Shown one piece after another: positions 1 through 9,668 of a DNA stretch of 64,000 bases. The position numbers and the translations under genes were made by a program. The notes under the pieces were generated by a model. That model worked only from the letters and a program-made list of their open reading frames with translations. It had not been told where the DNA came from and made no database searches. The DNA comes from Desulfuromonadales bacterium (lineage in GTDB: Bacteria; Desulfobacterota; Desulfuromonadia; Desulfuromonadales; SZUA-540), in the NCBI GenBank assembly GCA_033549025.1, contig JAWSUS010000008.1:59905-123904 (forward strand). Direction: 5' to 3'. Each line of letters opens with the position of its first letter. Within the stretch, counting starts at the first letter, position 1.

Positions 1-3000
1 TCGTTTGTAGTCGGCGCTCTTGTCGGTCTTGCGGATGTAGGCGAGCTTTTCGAGATACATCTGCTCGGCGTTTTCCGCCGTGGCCACCCGGGTATCGATC
101 CCAAGCTGTTCGAGCTTTTCCAGCATCGCCTCGACCCGTCCAGGGGTGGCGTCGCCGTCCAGGATCATTTCCAGCTCGCCGCGCTGGGCATAGAGGTTGG
201 TGTCGGACCAGGGGCGATAGCGGACCCGGGTGCCGTCCTCGAAGGTGACGGTGTACTGGTGCCCGTCCTGCATGCGGGAGTTGTGATTGAACAGCGTCCG
301 GTTGTCGATGTCGTCGGCCTCGACGGTAATGGTGCCGGACCCGATCCTGCGCTTGGTATGGGTCACCTTGCCACGTTCCACCTTGAACGGCGGTTTCTCC
401 TTGGGTTTCTGCGCGTCGAGCTTGGGCAAGTACTGATCGAATACGCCGTTGGTGGCCCGGTCCCAGTCGACGGACTCTTCGATCTCCTTGACCCATTTCA
501 GATAGTGGTCCGCCATCTCCTTGACCTTGGGGTCGGCGCTCTTTTGCAGGGTCTCCAGTTTCTTGCGCAGGCGCAGGGCCTTGTCGATCTTGGTCCGGTT
601 GTACTTGCCGTCGCCCACGTGGAAGTTGACGTTTTTGACGGCGTCCAGAATCGTCGGAAAGAAGCTGTCTTCGACCAGCGGTTGTCCCTTTTCCCCGGCC
701 GCCGTCTGCACATACCTGCGCAGCACCTCGTCGATGCGGCGATCAGTGTCCGGCCGGATCTTCATCTTGACCACGGTGCGCTTCTTCCCCTTGAAGCTCT
801 CGGTGAAGATCAGCGCGTTCTGGTCCTCCACGTCGCCGCTGTCGAAGGGCAGCGTCTTGCCCTGCCAGCCGAGTTTGCGGGCCTCCTCGACCAGGGTCTC
901 TTCGGCGGAGGAGAGCAACTTTTTCTTCCCGGTGGCGGCGCTCAGCTTGTCGAAACGGAAGCCCCGATCCCCCAGCACATCGGCGTAATAGCCTTCGAAG
1001 TCCCGCCTGAGATTGTGTTTCCGCTCCAAGACCAGATCATAGAAATGCCGCAGCCCGGCCGGGTCCTTGGAAAACCGTCCCTCGGCGTAGGGCCGCAGCA
1101 GATCGAGGTAATCCTCGTCGGCGATCTTTTCGACTTCCTGGATGTAGCGAAAGGTCGGGTTCGGATCGACCCGTACCTTCCCTTCCTTGGCCGCCCGGAA
1201 GACCTTGTTGTAAAACGGCTCTTCCTCGCCGCAGACACCGTTGGGGTGATAGTCGAGCGAGAGCTTGTCCTGCCCCAGAAACTTGAATGCCTGGCCTTTG
1301 TCGATGCCGTAGACGCGACCGTCCCGGGCGCGGATGAACTGCTTGGAATGTCCGTCGTGGTTGGCGATCAGCCAGTCGACCACATGCTCGCGCTGGATCT
1401 GCTCCAGTTCGATGGTGGTCAGATCCTGGGGCAGGATGTTGCGAAAATCGAAGTCGTCCCGCAGATCGGTGCGCCATTTCTGGATGGAGCCGGTGCGGCC
1501 GTTCAATTGGATGGTGCGCACCTCGATGGAATGGGGGTCGATCAGGCGGCCAATCTTGTAGGCTGCTTCCTCTCCGAAGGCGATGAACTCATCGTCCTTG
1601 CGGCCAACGGGCTTGAACAGCCATTTGTCGCCGTTTTCGTCGGTCCAGAACTCCTTTTCATGTGCGCCGCCGACAGCGGCCTTGCCGGTTTTCTTGAATT
1701 TTGACGGCAGACCTTTCTGCTGCCACGCTGAATCGACTGTGGCGAACTCCGCGCCTTTCTTGCCGATCTTGGCCTCGGGCGGCTTGACCGGGCTCGGCTG
1801 TGGAGCCGGTTTCGGCGGATCTTTCTTCGGCGTGGCGGGCTTGGCAGGAGCGGTTTTCTTCTTGCCGCCATGCTTTTCGGCCCAGGCGGCGTGCTTGGTG
1901 TCGATGCTGGCCTGAACCGCCTTGATTTTCGCGGGATCGGTCTCGGTGAAGAGCGTGGTCAGCTCGTCTTTGTTGGCCCACTGCCAATACTGGACCTTGG
2001 TCTCCTTGGCGAGCGTCTTGAGTTCCGTCGATTTCAGCTTGCCGACCTGGTCCTGGAAGAGCTGTTTCTTGAGGGCGATTTCCTTGCTGTGGGCTGCAAG
2101 CAGATCCTGGGGCAGATCGGTGCCGCCGGAAACCGCCTGTTCCGCCTTGGCAATCGCGTCGAGGAAATCCTTGTAGCCGGTTGGCGTGTCGGGAACGACC
2201 ACGGCCTTGGCGGCGTCTTCGAGGGCCGTTTTCTGTTTCAGGATCAACTTCTGCTTGGCCTCGTCGACCGCCTTTTTCTTGACCGACTCGGCCATGTCGG
2301 CACCGGCCTTCTTCTGCAGCGCCTCGACGAGCTGCTGTTTGTTCTTGAGGATGCCGATGCCGTGCTTCTGTTTGGCCGCCGCGAGTTCCTTGCCCATCAG
2401 GCCGCTGTGGTCCACACCGGGCTCCAGCTTATCCAGCAGCTCGATGGTCTCCTGTTTGGTCATGTTGAGGGAGATGCCGTTCTCCTTCGCCATCTCCTTG
2501 AGCTGCTGGGCAGTCATGCCCCCCAGCCCCTCGGCGGGAGGGATCTTCGCCATCTGGGCGGCGAGCAGCTTGGCCTGTTTGAGTTCCGCCTGCTTCAGTC
2601 CGAGCAGCTCGACCAGTTCTTCCTTGGTCCGCAGCAGACCGATCTTATGTTCCTTGAGCTTGGCGCTGAGCGCCGCTCCGGCCAGGTCGCCGTGATCGAT
2701 CCCGGGTTCGGCCAGATCGAGCAACTTGATGAAATCGGCCTTGGTCCGGGCGATGGCCACGCCGTTCTGTTTCGCCAGGGTCTGGAGCTGTTTGACCGTC
2801 AGCGAGCCGAGGTCGGCGATGTCGCCGTTTTCAAAGGCGCTCTTGAGCTTGGCATTCTCCTTGGCTTGGGCGTCGGCCATGCCTTCCAGTACGTGGGGCG
2901 GGAGAATGCAGGCGTCCCCCTGAGATGCCTGTGCGGCTGCCTTGGCGGCCATCTCGCTGCCGCAGACGGTCATCGGCCAAGCCACGATATTTGTGCAGCG

Positions 3001-3813
3001 GCAGTGCGGATGCGCGGGTTGCTGGGGGAACTTGTCGATTAGAAAGATCTTGCCGTCCAGGCCGCCGCAGACCGGGCACATGCGCTCGTCCTCCATGGCC
3101 AGCCATTCCAGCTTCTGGATGCCGACCCGCTCGTGGAACTTGAGCCTGCCCATGTTGTGGGCGCGGAGGACCTCGGTGCGGGCGATCATCTCCATGCGGT
3201 ACTGCGCCTTGCTGAACACCCGGCTTCCGGCCTGACGAAAGGAATCCTTGTCGATGATCACCTTGCCCATGTCCCGGACGATGTCGTCGGCTCCCTTGCC
3301 CGTGGCGACGCCGTTCAGGATGGTGCGCTTGATGCCGTCTGCGAGTTCGCGGTGGACGTCACCGGCGAGCGTGAGGTTGTACTGAGCCATGAAGTCGAGG
3401 GCGTTGGTGTCGACAATGGTGAACACATTGGTGGCCAACTTGTCGATGCCCTCGGGCTTCAGGTCGGCGTAGAACGGCAGCGCCGCGTCGGCGAGCTCTC
3501 CGATTCCCTGCTGGATGCCGAGCTTGAAGGAGTCCTTGGTCGTCTTGCGAAAGACCAGGGTCTGCTCCCGCTTGAGCCGCTTCATGGTGTCGTCGAGTTC
3601 GAGCTGGAGCTTTTCCAGCCCCTTGAGCGCGGCGAGCTTGTTGTCCGGCAGGGAGCCGAGGGAGCGGTACTGGAGAATGGCGCGGGCGACCTCGTCTTCG
3701 GCCTGTTTCAGCGCCTGGGTGAGCTGGGCCGTGACCTGGTCGTTGTAGCGGTTGCGGGCCGTCAGGCTTTTCAGGGTGGCGACCTGGATGCGCTGCTTGA
3801 GGTCCGATGGCAT
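1..3813 (-). CDS. MuF (SPP1 gp7-like) head morphogenesis protein fused to HeH/SAP-like repeats and a HipA/PI3K-like kinase domain; >1271 aa, truncated by the window edge
   Basis: Hand translation from ATG 3813 (TGATG overlap with the portal stop) stays open to base 1. MuF motifs MIARTEVLRAHN, EDERMCPVCGGLDG, HPHCRC; kinase-like motifs WLFKP, DWLIANHDGHSKQF, YGIDKG. Confidence 0.85.
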   Translation of the reverse strand, partial: MPSDLKQRIQVATLKSLTARNRYNDQVTAQLTQALKQAEDEVARAILQYRSLGSLPDNKLAALKGLEKLQLELDDTMKRLKREQTLVFRKTTKDSFKLGIQQGIGELADAALPFYADLKPEGIDKLATNVFTIVDTNALDFMAQYNLTLAGDVHRELADGIKRTILNGVATGKGADDIVRDMGKVIIDKDSFRQAGSRVFSKAQYRMEMIARTEVLRAHNMGRLKFHERVGIQKLEWLAMEDERMCPVCGGLDGKIFLIDKFPQQPAHPHCRCTNIVAWPMTVCGSEMAAKAAAQASQGDACILPPHVLEGMADAQAKENAKLKSAFENGDIADLGSLTVKQLQTLAKQNGVAIARTKADFIKLLDLAEPGIDHGDLAGAALSAKLKEHKIGLLRTKEELVELLGLKQAELKQAKLLAAQMAKIPPAEGLGGMTAQQLKEMAKENGISLNMTKQETIELLDKLEPGVDHSGLMGKELAAAKQKHGIGILKNKQQLVEALQKKAGADMAESVKKKAVDEAKQKLILKQKTALEDAAKAVVVPDTPTGYKDFLDAIAKAEQAVSGGTDLPQDLLAAHSKEIALKKQLFQDQVGKLKSTELKTLAKETKVQYWQWANKDELTTLFTETDPAKIKAVQASIDTKHAAWAEKHGGKKKTAPAKPATPKKDPPKPAPQPSPVKPPEAKIGKKGAEFATVDSAWQQKGLPSKFKKTGKAAVGGAHEKEFWTDENGDKWLFKPVGRKDDEFIAFGEEAAYKIGRLIDPHSIEVRTIQLNGRTGSIQKWRTDLRDDFDFRNILPQDLTTIELEQIQREHVVDWLIANHDGHSKQFIRARDGRVYGIDKGQAFKFLGQDKLSLDYHPNGVCGEEEPFYNKVFRAAKEGKVRVDPNPTFRYIQEVEKIADEDYLDLLRPYAEGRFSKDPAGLRHFYDLVLERKHNLRRDFEGYYADVLGDRGFRFDKLSAATGKKKLLSSAEETLVEEARKLGWQGKTLPFDSGDVEDQNALIFTESFKGKKRTVVKMKIRPDTDRRIDEVLRRYVQTAAGEKGQPLVEDSFFPTILDAVKNVNFHVGDGKYNRTKIDKALRLRKKLETLQKSADPKVKEMADHYLKWVKEIEESVDWDRATNGVFDQYLPKLDAQKPKEKPPFKVERGKVTHTKRRIGSGTITVEADDIDNRTLFNHNSRMQDGHQYTVTFEDGTRVRYRPWSDTNLYAQRGELEMILDGDATPGRVEAMLEKLEQLGIDTRVATAENAEQMYLEKLAYIRKTDKSADYKR

Positions 3814-5321
3814 CAGCGGAGCTCCCGGCGGTCGATGAAGCGACAGGCCGGGGCGTCGAAGGTGCGCTCGCTGTTGTGGACCCGGCAGTGGTTGGTGTCA
3901 GCAATGAAGTGGCTGCACTCGTCGCACACGGCCGCATCGCCGGTGGACTCCAGGTCGCCCGACCAGACCAATGCCGCCTCCGCCGTGGGTTCATCGTCCT
4001 CGGCCGGAATCCCGAGCATCTTCCGGGCGCGAGGCACGCTGAGGATGCCGGAGACGACCATATCCACCACCGGCTTCACCTGCTTCTCGTCCATCAGGTC
4101 GATCTGCTTACGTTCGGTCTCGCGGTTGGCTGCCTCGATGTCCGGGTCCAGGTCCATCTTGAGCTGAAGGCTGGAGCGGCTGATGAGCTTGCGGTCGTAG
4201 AGTTCGATGAGGAGCTTCTTGAAATCGACCGCGTCGCTTGGGTCGAGGTCGTTGAAGATGAACTGGATGCTTTTGTCGCCGTGGCCGTTCAGCTCCATCC
4301 AGTCGTCGAACACCCAGTCGAGGAGCTTGCGGGCGGCCTGTTTGATCTCGCGGATCATGACCATCATCTTCTGCATGCTCACCGAGGCGGTGGCGAAATT
4401 CGGGCCGTCTCCGGTCACCAGCGAGCGTGACAGCCCCAGGGCCACCACGATGTCTTCCTTTACCTCTTTGACCTTGTCCTCGACGTTGAGGACCTGACCG
4501 TCGGTGCCGTGGGTTTCGACGTTGACGTAGAACGGGACCACCAGGCCGCTTTTCATATCCATCTTGTTGACCATGTCGCGAACCTGTTCGAGCATCCGCT
4601 GGTCCGGCATCACCATCTTCTGGCCGAACGCGCCGCCCACCTTGAGCAGGCGAAAGGGCGTGGCCCAGCGCTTGGCGATGGCCTGTTCGGCCCGGCGGTA
4701 GTCGCGCAGCAGTTCGATGGCTTGAAATGCGGGAAGCACGAGGGAGTTACCCCGGGGCGAGAAGGCCGGAGCATCCCATTTGAGGTGGACCACCTGTTCG
4801 ACGGGCAGCGGGATGGATTCCCCGCCGCCGGGGGTGTCCTCGGGAAATTGCCGGGCCTCGATCAGCTCGCCCTGGGCGTATTTGACTTTGACCGAAACCG
4901 GGTTGACGCAGACCAGTTCCTCGATGTCCTGGCCGGACTTGGTGAAGCGCTTGAAGCCGATGGCGTCACCTTTCACCAGGAGCTGAAGAACCATGTCCTT
5001 GATGAATTGCGTGATGTTCAACCGCCAGGCGGCCTCCAGTGCCTGCTCCTTGAGGGTCTCGTCATCGCTGGTGATCTTGATCTCGTCGCCCACGGCGAAG
5101 GTGCGCCAGGAGTTGACGCAATTCTTCACCAGCGGCTCCTCGACGTAGTATTCCCAGGCCTTACGGGCGCGTTCTTCCCAGGTGGCCGGAATAGCCTCGG
5201 CGGCGTTGACCTTGCTGAAGGCCGCCGAGTCGAGCGCGGCCGCTGCGGCCAGCGGCGCGATGACAAAGCCGGTGGTGTCCAGGCTTTCGGGTTGTTCGTC
5301 CTGATGGGCGGTGCTTTCCAC
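3813..5321 (-). CDS. Phage portal protein
   Basis: Lies between TerL and the MuF gene; portal-like stretches (LLVKGDAIGF, VVHLKWDAPAFSPRGNS); GTG start at 5321 after a GAGGA RBS. Confidence 0.75.
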   Translation of the reverse strand: MESTAHQDEQPESLDTTGFVIAPLAAAAALDSAAFSKVNAAEAIPATWEERARKAWEYYVEEPLVKNCVNSWRTFAVGDEIKITSDDETLKEQALEAAWRLNITQFIKDMVLQLLVKGDAIGFKRFTKSGQDIEELVCVNPVSVKVKYAQGELIEARQFPEDTPGGGESIPLPVEQVVHLKWDAPAFSPRGNSLVLPAFQAIELLRDYRRAEQAIAKRWATPFRLLKVGGAFGQKMVMPDQRMLEQVRDMVNKMDMKSGLVVPFYVNVETHGTDGQVLNVEDKVKEVKEDIVVALGLSRSLVTGDGPNFATASVSMQKMMVMIREIKQAARKLLDWVFDDWMELNGHGDKSIQFIFNDLDPSDAVDFKKLLIELYDRKLISRSSLQLKMDLDPDIEAANRETERKQIDLMDEKQVKPVVDMVVSGILSVPRARKMLGIPAEDDEPTAEAALVWSGDLESTGDAAVCDECSHFIADTNHCRVHNSERTFDAPACRFIDRRELR

Positions 5322-5395
5322 GTGATCCTCTCGGTAGTTTCGGCCATGACAGCCACACATCCGGCCCGTGTGGGCCGAACCCGGCTCGATGCCGG

Positions 5396-5426
5396 TTACT
5401 TACCGGAGCGGGGTGGAAAGCGTCGG
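5396..5426 (-). promoter_or_regulatory. Element-specific promoter-like motif CCGAC-N14-TCCGGTAAGTAA upstream of portal
   Basis: Exact copy of a bipartite motif found five times in the element, always upstream of a gene. Confidence 0.7.
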
Positions 5427-5435
5427 AGGATGCGA

Positions 5436-6959
5436 TCAGATGAAGACCGGATTGGTGAGCACGGGTTTGAGCGAAACCACCTCTTCGCCGACCGGGTCGA
5501 GGTTACCTTCTTCCCGGATCAGCATGGCGCATCGCACCGCGTCGATGATGTGGTCGTTGCCCTTGGAATAGATGATCTTGCCGTCCCGCAGGGTGTAGGT
5601 GTGGGTGGTGAATTGGTCTTCCACCTCCAGGTCGTCCGAGGGGAAAATGACCTGCTTACGCTGTAGGGCTCCGTTGATGAGGCTGGTCATCAGCTCCTTG
5701 GTTCGCTTCTTGATTTCCTTTCCGTCCCGCACCGCCAGCCGGGTCATGCCGCCGAAGTCGTATCCCTTGAGCCTGCCTTCCAGCTCCAGCCCTTTGTACT
5801 TGTCCAGGGTGAGCAGCTCCTGAACCACCGCCAGACCGTTTCCGCCGTTGTCCACGCCGATGCCCGCCGGGGTGTAGTAACGCTCCAGCAGCGCGATGAT
5901 CTGGGCGATGTGCGGATAGGAAACGTGTTCAAGATGCACGCGCAGGATCATCTTCAGCAGCGTCCGCTCGCCGATCTCCGTCTCCTGGAATACGACGATC
6001 TCGGTGGGGTCGTTGGTGTAGCCCAGGTCGCCGCCAACCCAGAACTGCCCGCTGCGGGGCGTGAGGTTGAGCAGCATCTCCAGCCGGTCGTGGGCCGCTT
6101 CCTCAGTGTCGCAATCGCGCAGCTCGGAATCGGTGATGACGATCTTCTGATACTCCAGCAGATCTTGCCGACAGAGGTTGAACTGTTCGACATTGAAGGC
6201 CCCATAGGAGGGCTTGCCGTGTTCACCGGCCACTTCGTGCTGCCAGCCGGAACTGTCGCGGCCGCCGTAGAACTCCAGCAGTTCGGCCTCGCGATCCTCA
6301 GTCCAAAGAGGGTTGAGCCAGGACGGCCAGCGGAACACATGGAACTGCACCGACGAGGTGAGCCGGTAATAGGTGGTGTCGCGCAGGCCGTTGGGCGTGG
6401 AGTAGATGCGTAGCGTCCCCCCGGCCTTGAGGCACTGGCGCAGCGCCTTCCAGGCCCGTTCGGTCAGCCAGGCTCCTTCATCGACCCAGACGCGGCCCAC
6501 GTGCAGGGACCGGAAGGCGTCGCCATAGGCCCCGGCCGGGCGGAAATAGAGCACCGAACCGTTGGTGAACTCCAGCCGGAAGTAGGGTTTGCGGTGGATC
6601 TTGGGCTTGCCGTACTTGGTCAGGGCAATGCTGTTCATCAGATCCGGGTTGGTGTCGAGCTGGAACTCGATCTCCTCGATGATGGTATCGAGGTGGCCCT
6701 GGTGCGGAGCCGCGATGAGGCCCTGGCCGCCTCGGGTGGTGAAGGCGTAATGGAGCGCGTCGGTCGAGAGCACGATGGACTTGCCCACGTCCCGGCCGTC
6801 GAGGTGAATGATGTTCTTGGCCGGGCAACGCAGGTCCTCCACCTGGTGCGGCCAGTAGTCGCGGCCTGAGCCATCCCGGTTGTAGAGATAGGCTTGCCCC
6901 CACAACACGGGGTCGCTCAGGGTTGCCGCGAGTTTGCGCTCCTTGTCGGTTACCGCCAT
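5436..6959 (-). CDS. Terminase large subunit
   Basis: Walker A-like GRDVGKS, Walker B VWVDEG, coupling motif STPNG, RNase H-like nuclease motifs GGDLG and NDHIIDA; start taken at MAVTDK. Confidence 0.9.
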   Translation of the reverse strand: MAVTDKERKLAATLSDPVLWGQAYLYNRDGSGRDYWPHQVEDLRCPAKNIIHLDGRDVGKSIVLSTDALHYAFTTRGGQGLIAAPHQGHLDTIIEEIEFQLDTNPDLMNSIALTKYGKPKIHRKPYFRLEFTNGSVLYFRPAGAYGDAFRSLHVGRVWVDEGAWLTERAWKALRQCLKAGGTLRIYSTPNGLRDTTYYRLTSSVQFHVFRWPSWLNPLWTEDREAELLEFYGGRDSSGWQHEVAGEHGKPSYGAFNVEQFNLCRQDLLEYQKIVITDSELRDCDTEEAAHDRLEMLLNLTPRSGQFWVGGDLGYTNDPTEIVVFQETEIGERTLLKMILRVHLEHVSYPHIAQIIALLERYYTPAGIGVDNGGNGLAVVQELLTLDKYKGLELEGRLKGYDFGGMTRLAVRDGKEIKKRTKELMTSLINGALQRKQVIFPSDDLEVEDQFTTHTYTLRDGKIIYSKGNDHIIDAVRCAMLIREEGNLDPVGEEVVSLKPVLTNPVFI

Positions 6960-7237
6960 CAGTGCATTCCTGTCCTCAAGGCGTTGCCGAGGATGGTGCC
7001 CACCAGTTCCGTCAGGATCTGCTGCACGGCCAGGGTGTTCTTCCGGTCGTGGACAGCTTCCTGAATGTCGATGATGGCCTGGTCCAACTCCGCCCAAGCC
7101 AGGTACTGCTGCTGGGCCGCTTCCAGACGGCCGAGGGCGTTCTCTATCCGTCCCGCCGCCAGCTCGGTGCCGATTTCGACCAGGGCCTCACCGGCCTGGC
7201 GGACGGCATCGCTGTTTTCCTGAAGGATCTCTTTCAT
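6959..7237 (-). CDS. Hypothetical helical protein (92 aa)
   Basis: ATG after GGAGG; overlaps both neighbouring genes. Confidence 0.7.
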   Translation of the reverse strand: MKEILQENSDAVRQAGEALVEIGTELAAGRIENALGRLEAAQQQYLAWAELDQAIIDIQEAVHDRKNTLAVQQILTELVGTILGNALRTGMH

Positions 7238-7506
7238 TGGCCTGCCTCCTGGTTCGAGCCGTTGGCCCACTGGTCAAGGGCGTCCACGGCGGTCTGCAGG
7301 CGCAGGCCGACACCGGTCAGGCGCTCGGCGTCCGGGTGGCCGACCTCGCGTAGCGCCTTGTTGGCCTCGGTCACATACTCGGGTGTGTGGCGGTTGACGG
7401 TGGCCACTGCCGACTGGATCTGGGCCGGAGGCCGGTAGGTGGCGCAGCCGGTCATGATCCCGGCAAGGACCAGCGGGATGGTCCATTCGAGTGTCTTCTT
7501 CAACAT
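7234..7506 (-). CDS. Predicted lipoprotein (90 aa)
   Basis: MLKK + hydrophobic stretch + lipobox-like IMTG-C; AGGAG RBS. Confidence 0.7.
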   Translation of the reverse strand: MLKKTLEWTIPLVLAGIMTGCATYRPPAQIQSAVATVNRHTPEYVTEANKALREVGHPDAERLTGVGLRLQTAVDALDQWANGSNQEAGQ

Positions 7507-7646
7507 GTTGATCTCCTTTGGTTTATGGGTTTGGGGCACATGCAGAAAGATCTCTGCAAACACTTGATTTCCAACGAAATAGAAGCGTCATTGGATGTGA
7601 CGCGGGATGGTCCCGCATCCACGAAAACCGGAACCGGAGGCAGGCC

Positions 7647-7841
7647 ATGACCTACGACAGAAACCGCCAGCAGGCACTCAAGGCGTACCGAGAAAAGCAG
7701 GAGAACATCGCCCGGCTGATCGAGGGCATTCGCGGCAAGCTCGAAGCGGACGCGAAGCAGCCGGACATCACCTGGGCGAGCGTCGGCTCCCTCGGCCACG
7801 TCGAGGAACTGCTGCGGGAGCTGGACGAGTTCCTGTCCTGA
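7647..7841 (+). CDS. Small hypothetical protein (64 aa), first gene of the tyrosine recombinase cassette
   Basis: ATG after GGAGG; amphipathic helical sequence; same direction as the next two genes. Confidence 0.7.
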   Translation: MTYDRNRQQALKAYREKQENIARLIEGIRGKLEADAKQPDITWASVGSLGHVEELLRELDEFLS

Positions 7842-7874
7842 ACACACCGGGCCACCGACAAAGGAGACATCGAC

Positions 7875-8249
7875 ATGACCGAATGCACCGTGCATCAAGC
7901 CGCCGAGGCTTTCATCGGCTACCTGCGGGAATCCGGAAAGAAAGAGCGGACCCTTTACACCTACCGGAAGGACCTCGACGCGGTGGAGGCCTTCTTCGGC
8001 GCGGATCGCCAGCTCGCCGAGATCCGGCTTCCCCAGGTCGGCAAGTTCTACAAGTCCGACCTGCTGCTCAAACTCCCTGACGGCAAGGAGCGGGCCGAGC
8101 GCACCATTGCCAAGACCGTCCGGGTGTTCCGCATGATGATGGTCTGGGCCAGGGAGTCGGGGCGCATCGAGGAGCTGCCGCTGCCCAAGAGCACGCCCAT
8201 GGGCCACAGCCGGGTAAAGGAGTCCAGCGATGAGCAACCGAACGGCTGA
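7875..8249 (+). CDS. Stand-alone integrase N-terminal SAM-like (core-binding) domain protein, no catalytic domain
   Basis: FIGYLRESGKKERTLYTYRKDL ... AERTIAKTVRVFRMMMVWA parallels the N-terminus of the adjacent recombinase; AAGGAG RBS. Confidence 0.75.
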   Translation: MTECTVHQAAEAFIGYLRESGKKERTLYTYRKDLDAVEAFFGADRQLAEIRLPQVGKFYKSDLLLKLPDGKERAERTIAKTVRVFRMMMVWARESGRIEELPLPKSTPMGHSRVKESSDEQPNG

Positions 8250-9144
8250 CCTCGATCTGACGGGCGCGACAGAGGCGTTCTGTGCCCGCCTGTCGGCCGA
8301 AGGACGCTCCCCGGCGACCATAGCCGCATACCGCCGGGACCTCGCCCTGGTAGTCCGCGTGGCCGGGGAGCTGGCCCCTGGGATCGTCTGCCGGGAGGTC
8401 ACGGTCGGGTTCCTCGACCAGGTGTTCTCCGCCGGGGCGGTCACTGAGAGTGAGCGAGGCCCACGTTCGGCGGCCTCGCTCCATCGGATGAAGGCGGCGG
8501 TGCGGGCCTTTTTTGCCTGGGCCGCCGAGACGGGCGTGGTCGGTGACAACCCGGCCCGGTCCATCCGCATGCATCGGTTGCCAAGAAAGCTGCCAGTCTT
8601 CCTGACTACCGCCGAAAAGAAACGTCTGCTCAAGGAGCTCAAGGGGCGGACCGATTTCTCCACGCTGCGCGACCGCGCCATGATCGAGGTGTTGCTGGGC
8701 ACGGGGATCAGGCTTGGCGAGCTGGCCGCGCTCGACATGGATGACATCGACCTCGACGCCAAGCATCTGCGGGTGCGGGCCAAGGGGAATGTGCCGCAGG
8801 TCAAGTTCATCAAGACCGACCTCCGCACATTGCTGCGCCGTTACCTGGCCGAGCGTCGTCGACACGGCCGCCCAGAAATGGAAGCCCTGTTCCTGTCGAA
8901 CCGGGACGGCAGACTCTGCCAGCGGCAGATAGCCAACCGGCTCGCCCACTGGCTGCGGAAGGCCGGGATCGAAAAGGAACTGACGCCGCACGGGCTGCGG
9001 CATACCTTCGCCACCCACCTCTACGGCGCGACCAATGACCTGCTCGTGGTGCAGCGGGCCTTGGGGCACCGGGACGTGTCCACCACCCAGATCTACACCC
9101 ACCTCGTGGACGGTCAGCTCGAGGAAGCCCTCGAACGCCTTTGA
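8230..9144 (+). CDS. XerC/XerD-like tyrosine recombinase
   Basis: Full catalytic set: GTGIRLGEL (R), RAKGN (K), HGLRHTFAT (HxxR), LGHRDVSTTQIY (H, Y). Confidence 0.95.
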   Translation: MSNRTADLDLTGATEAFCARLSAEGRSPATIAAYRRDLALVVRVAGELAPGIVCREVTVGFLDQVFSAGAVTESERGPRSAASLHRMKAAVRAFFAWAAETGVVGDNPARSIRMHRLPRKLPVFLTTAEKKRLLKELKGRTDFSTLRDRAMIEVLLGTGIRLGELAALDMDDIDLDAKHLRVRAKGNVPQVKFIKTDLRTLLRRYLAERRRHGRPEMEALFLSNRDGRLCQRQIANRLAHWLRKAGIEKELTPHGLRHTFATHLYGATNDLLVVQRALGHRDVSTTQIYTHLVDGQLEEALERL

Positions 9145-9345
9145 TCCTTCCGGACCCGACGATGGGAGCGGCCTCGGCTGCTCCTGTTTTCGTTGGGCGA
9201 GACAGTGTCGAAGACAGTGAATGACAGTGCCCGCAGAAGAACACATCCGCCGATGATGAATGATCATGACGGAGGGTCTCTACATCCCGGGTGGGGCGGG
9301 AAATATCGATTGACCGGAATTTCTCCTTCGCTGTCTGTCGGCCGC

Positions 9346-9575
9346 ACATCGCTATAACTGCTTGGCTTGTGCGCTCCAGTCGCGGAACACACATGGCAAT
9401 ATCTGCTTGGCATATGCGAGGGCCGTTGCCGAAGGAATGGCTGTTTGCGGGGCTTGTCCGGTTCGGCCTGGGTCTCGACATGCCAATATCTACTTGGGTT
9501 ATGTGAGAGAGCCCCGGCGTGAACATGCCTATATCTGCTTGGCTTATGCGGTTCGGCTTATGCGCACACATGCCA
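9346..9575. repeat. Array of about 5.5 units with 45-bp period: ~28-bp conserved core plus ~17-bp variable segment
   Basis: Core ACATGCCWATATCTGCTTGGCTTATGCG starts at 9346, 9391, ~9435 (degenerate), 9478, 9523 and, partially, 9568. Confidence 0.85.
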
Positions 9576-9668
9576 AGCGGATATCGGGAGCTGCTGGAGG
9601 AAGTCGAGGAGTGGAAATGATGATCGACGGCCGGTGAATGCCGATTCCGAAAGTGCAAGGAACACGTC

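Noticed and set aside
259..3042. Long plus-strand ORFs (259-1704, 1870-3042)
   Set aside because: They are antisense shadows of the real minus-strand MuF-kinase gene in GC-rich DNA.
8230..9144. Host xerC/xerD or integron integrase
   Set aside because: It is embedded in a prophage with accessory genes; no IntI-type insertion is evident and no attC cassettes were seen.
9346..9575. 45-bp array as a CRISPR or TIGR array
   Set aside because: The repeats are degenerate and non-palindromic, the variable parts are only ~17 bp, and no cas1/cas2 or Nop-domain gene is in view. Kept as an unexplained array.
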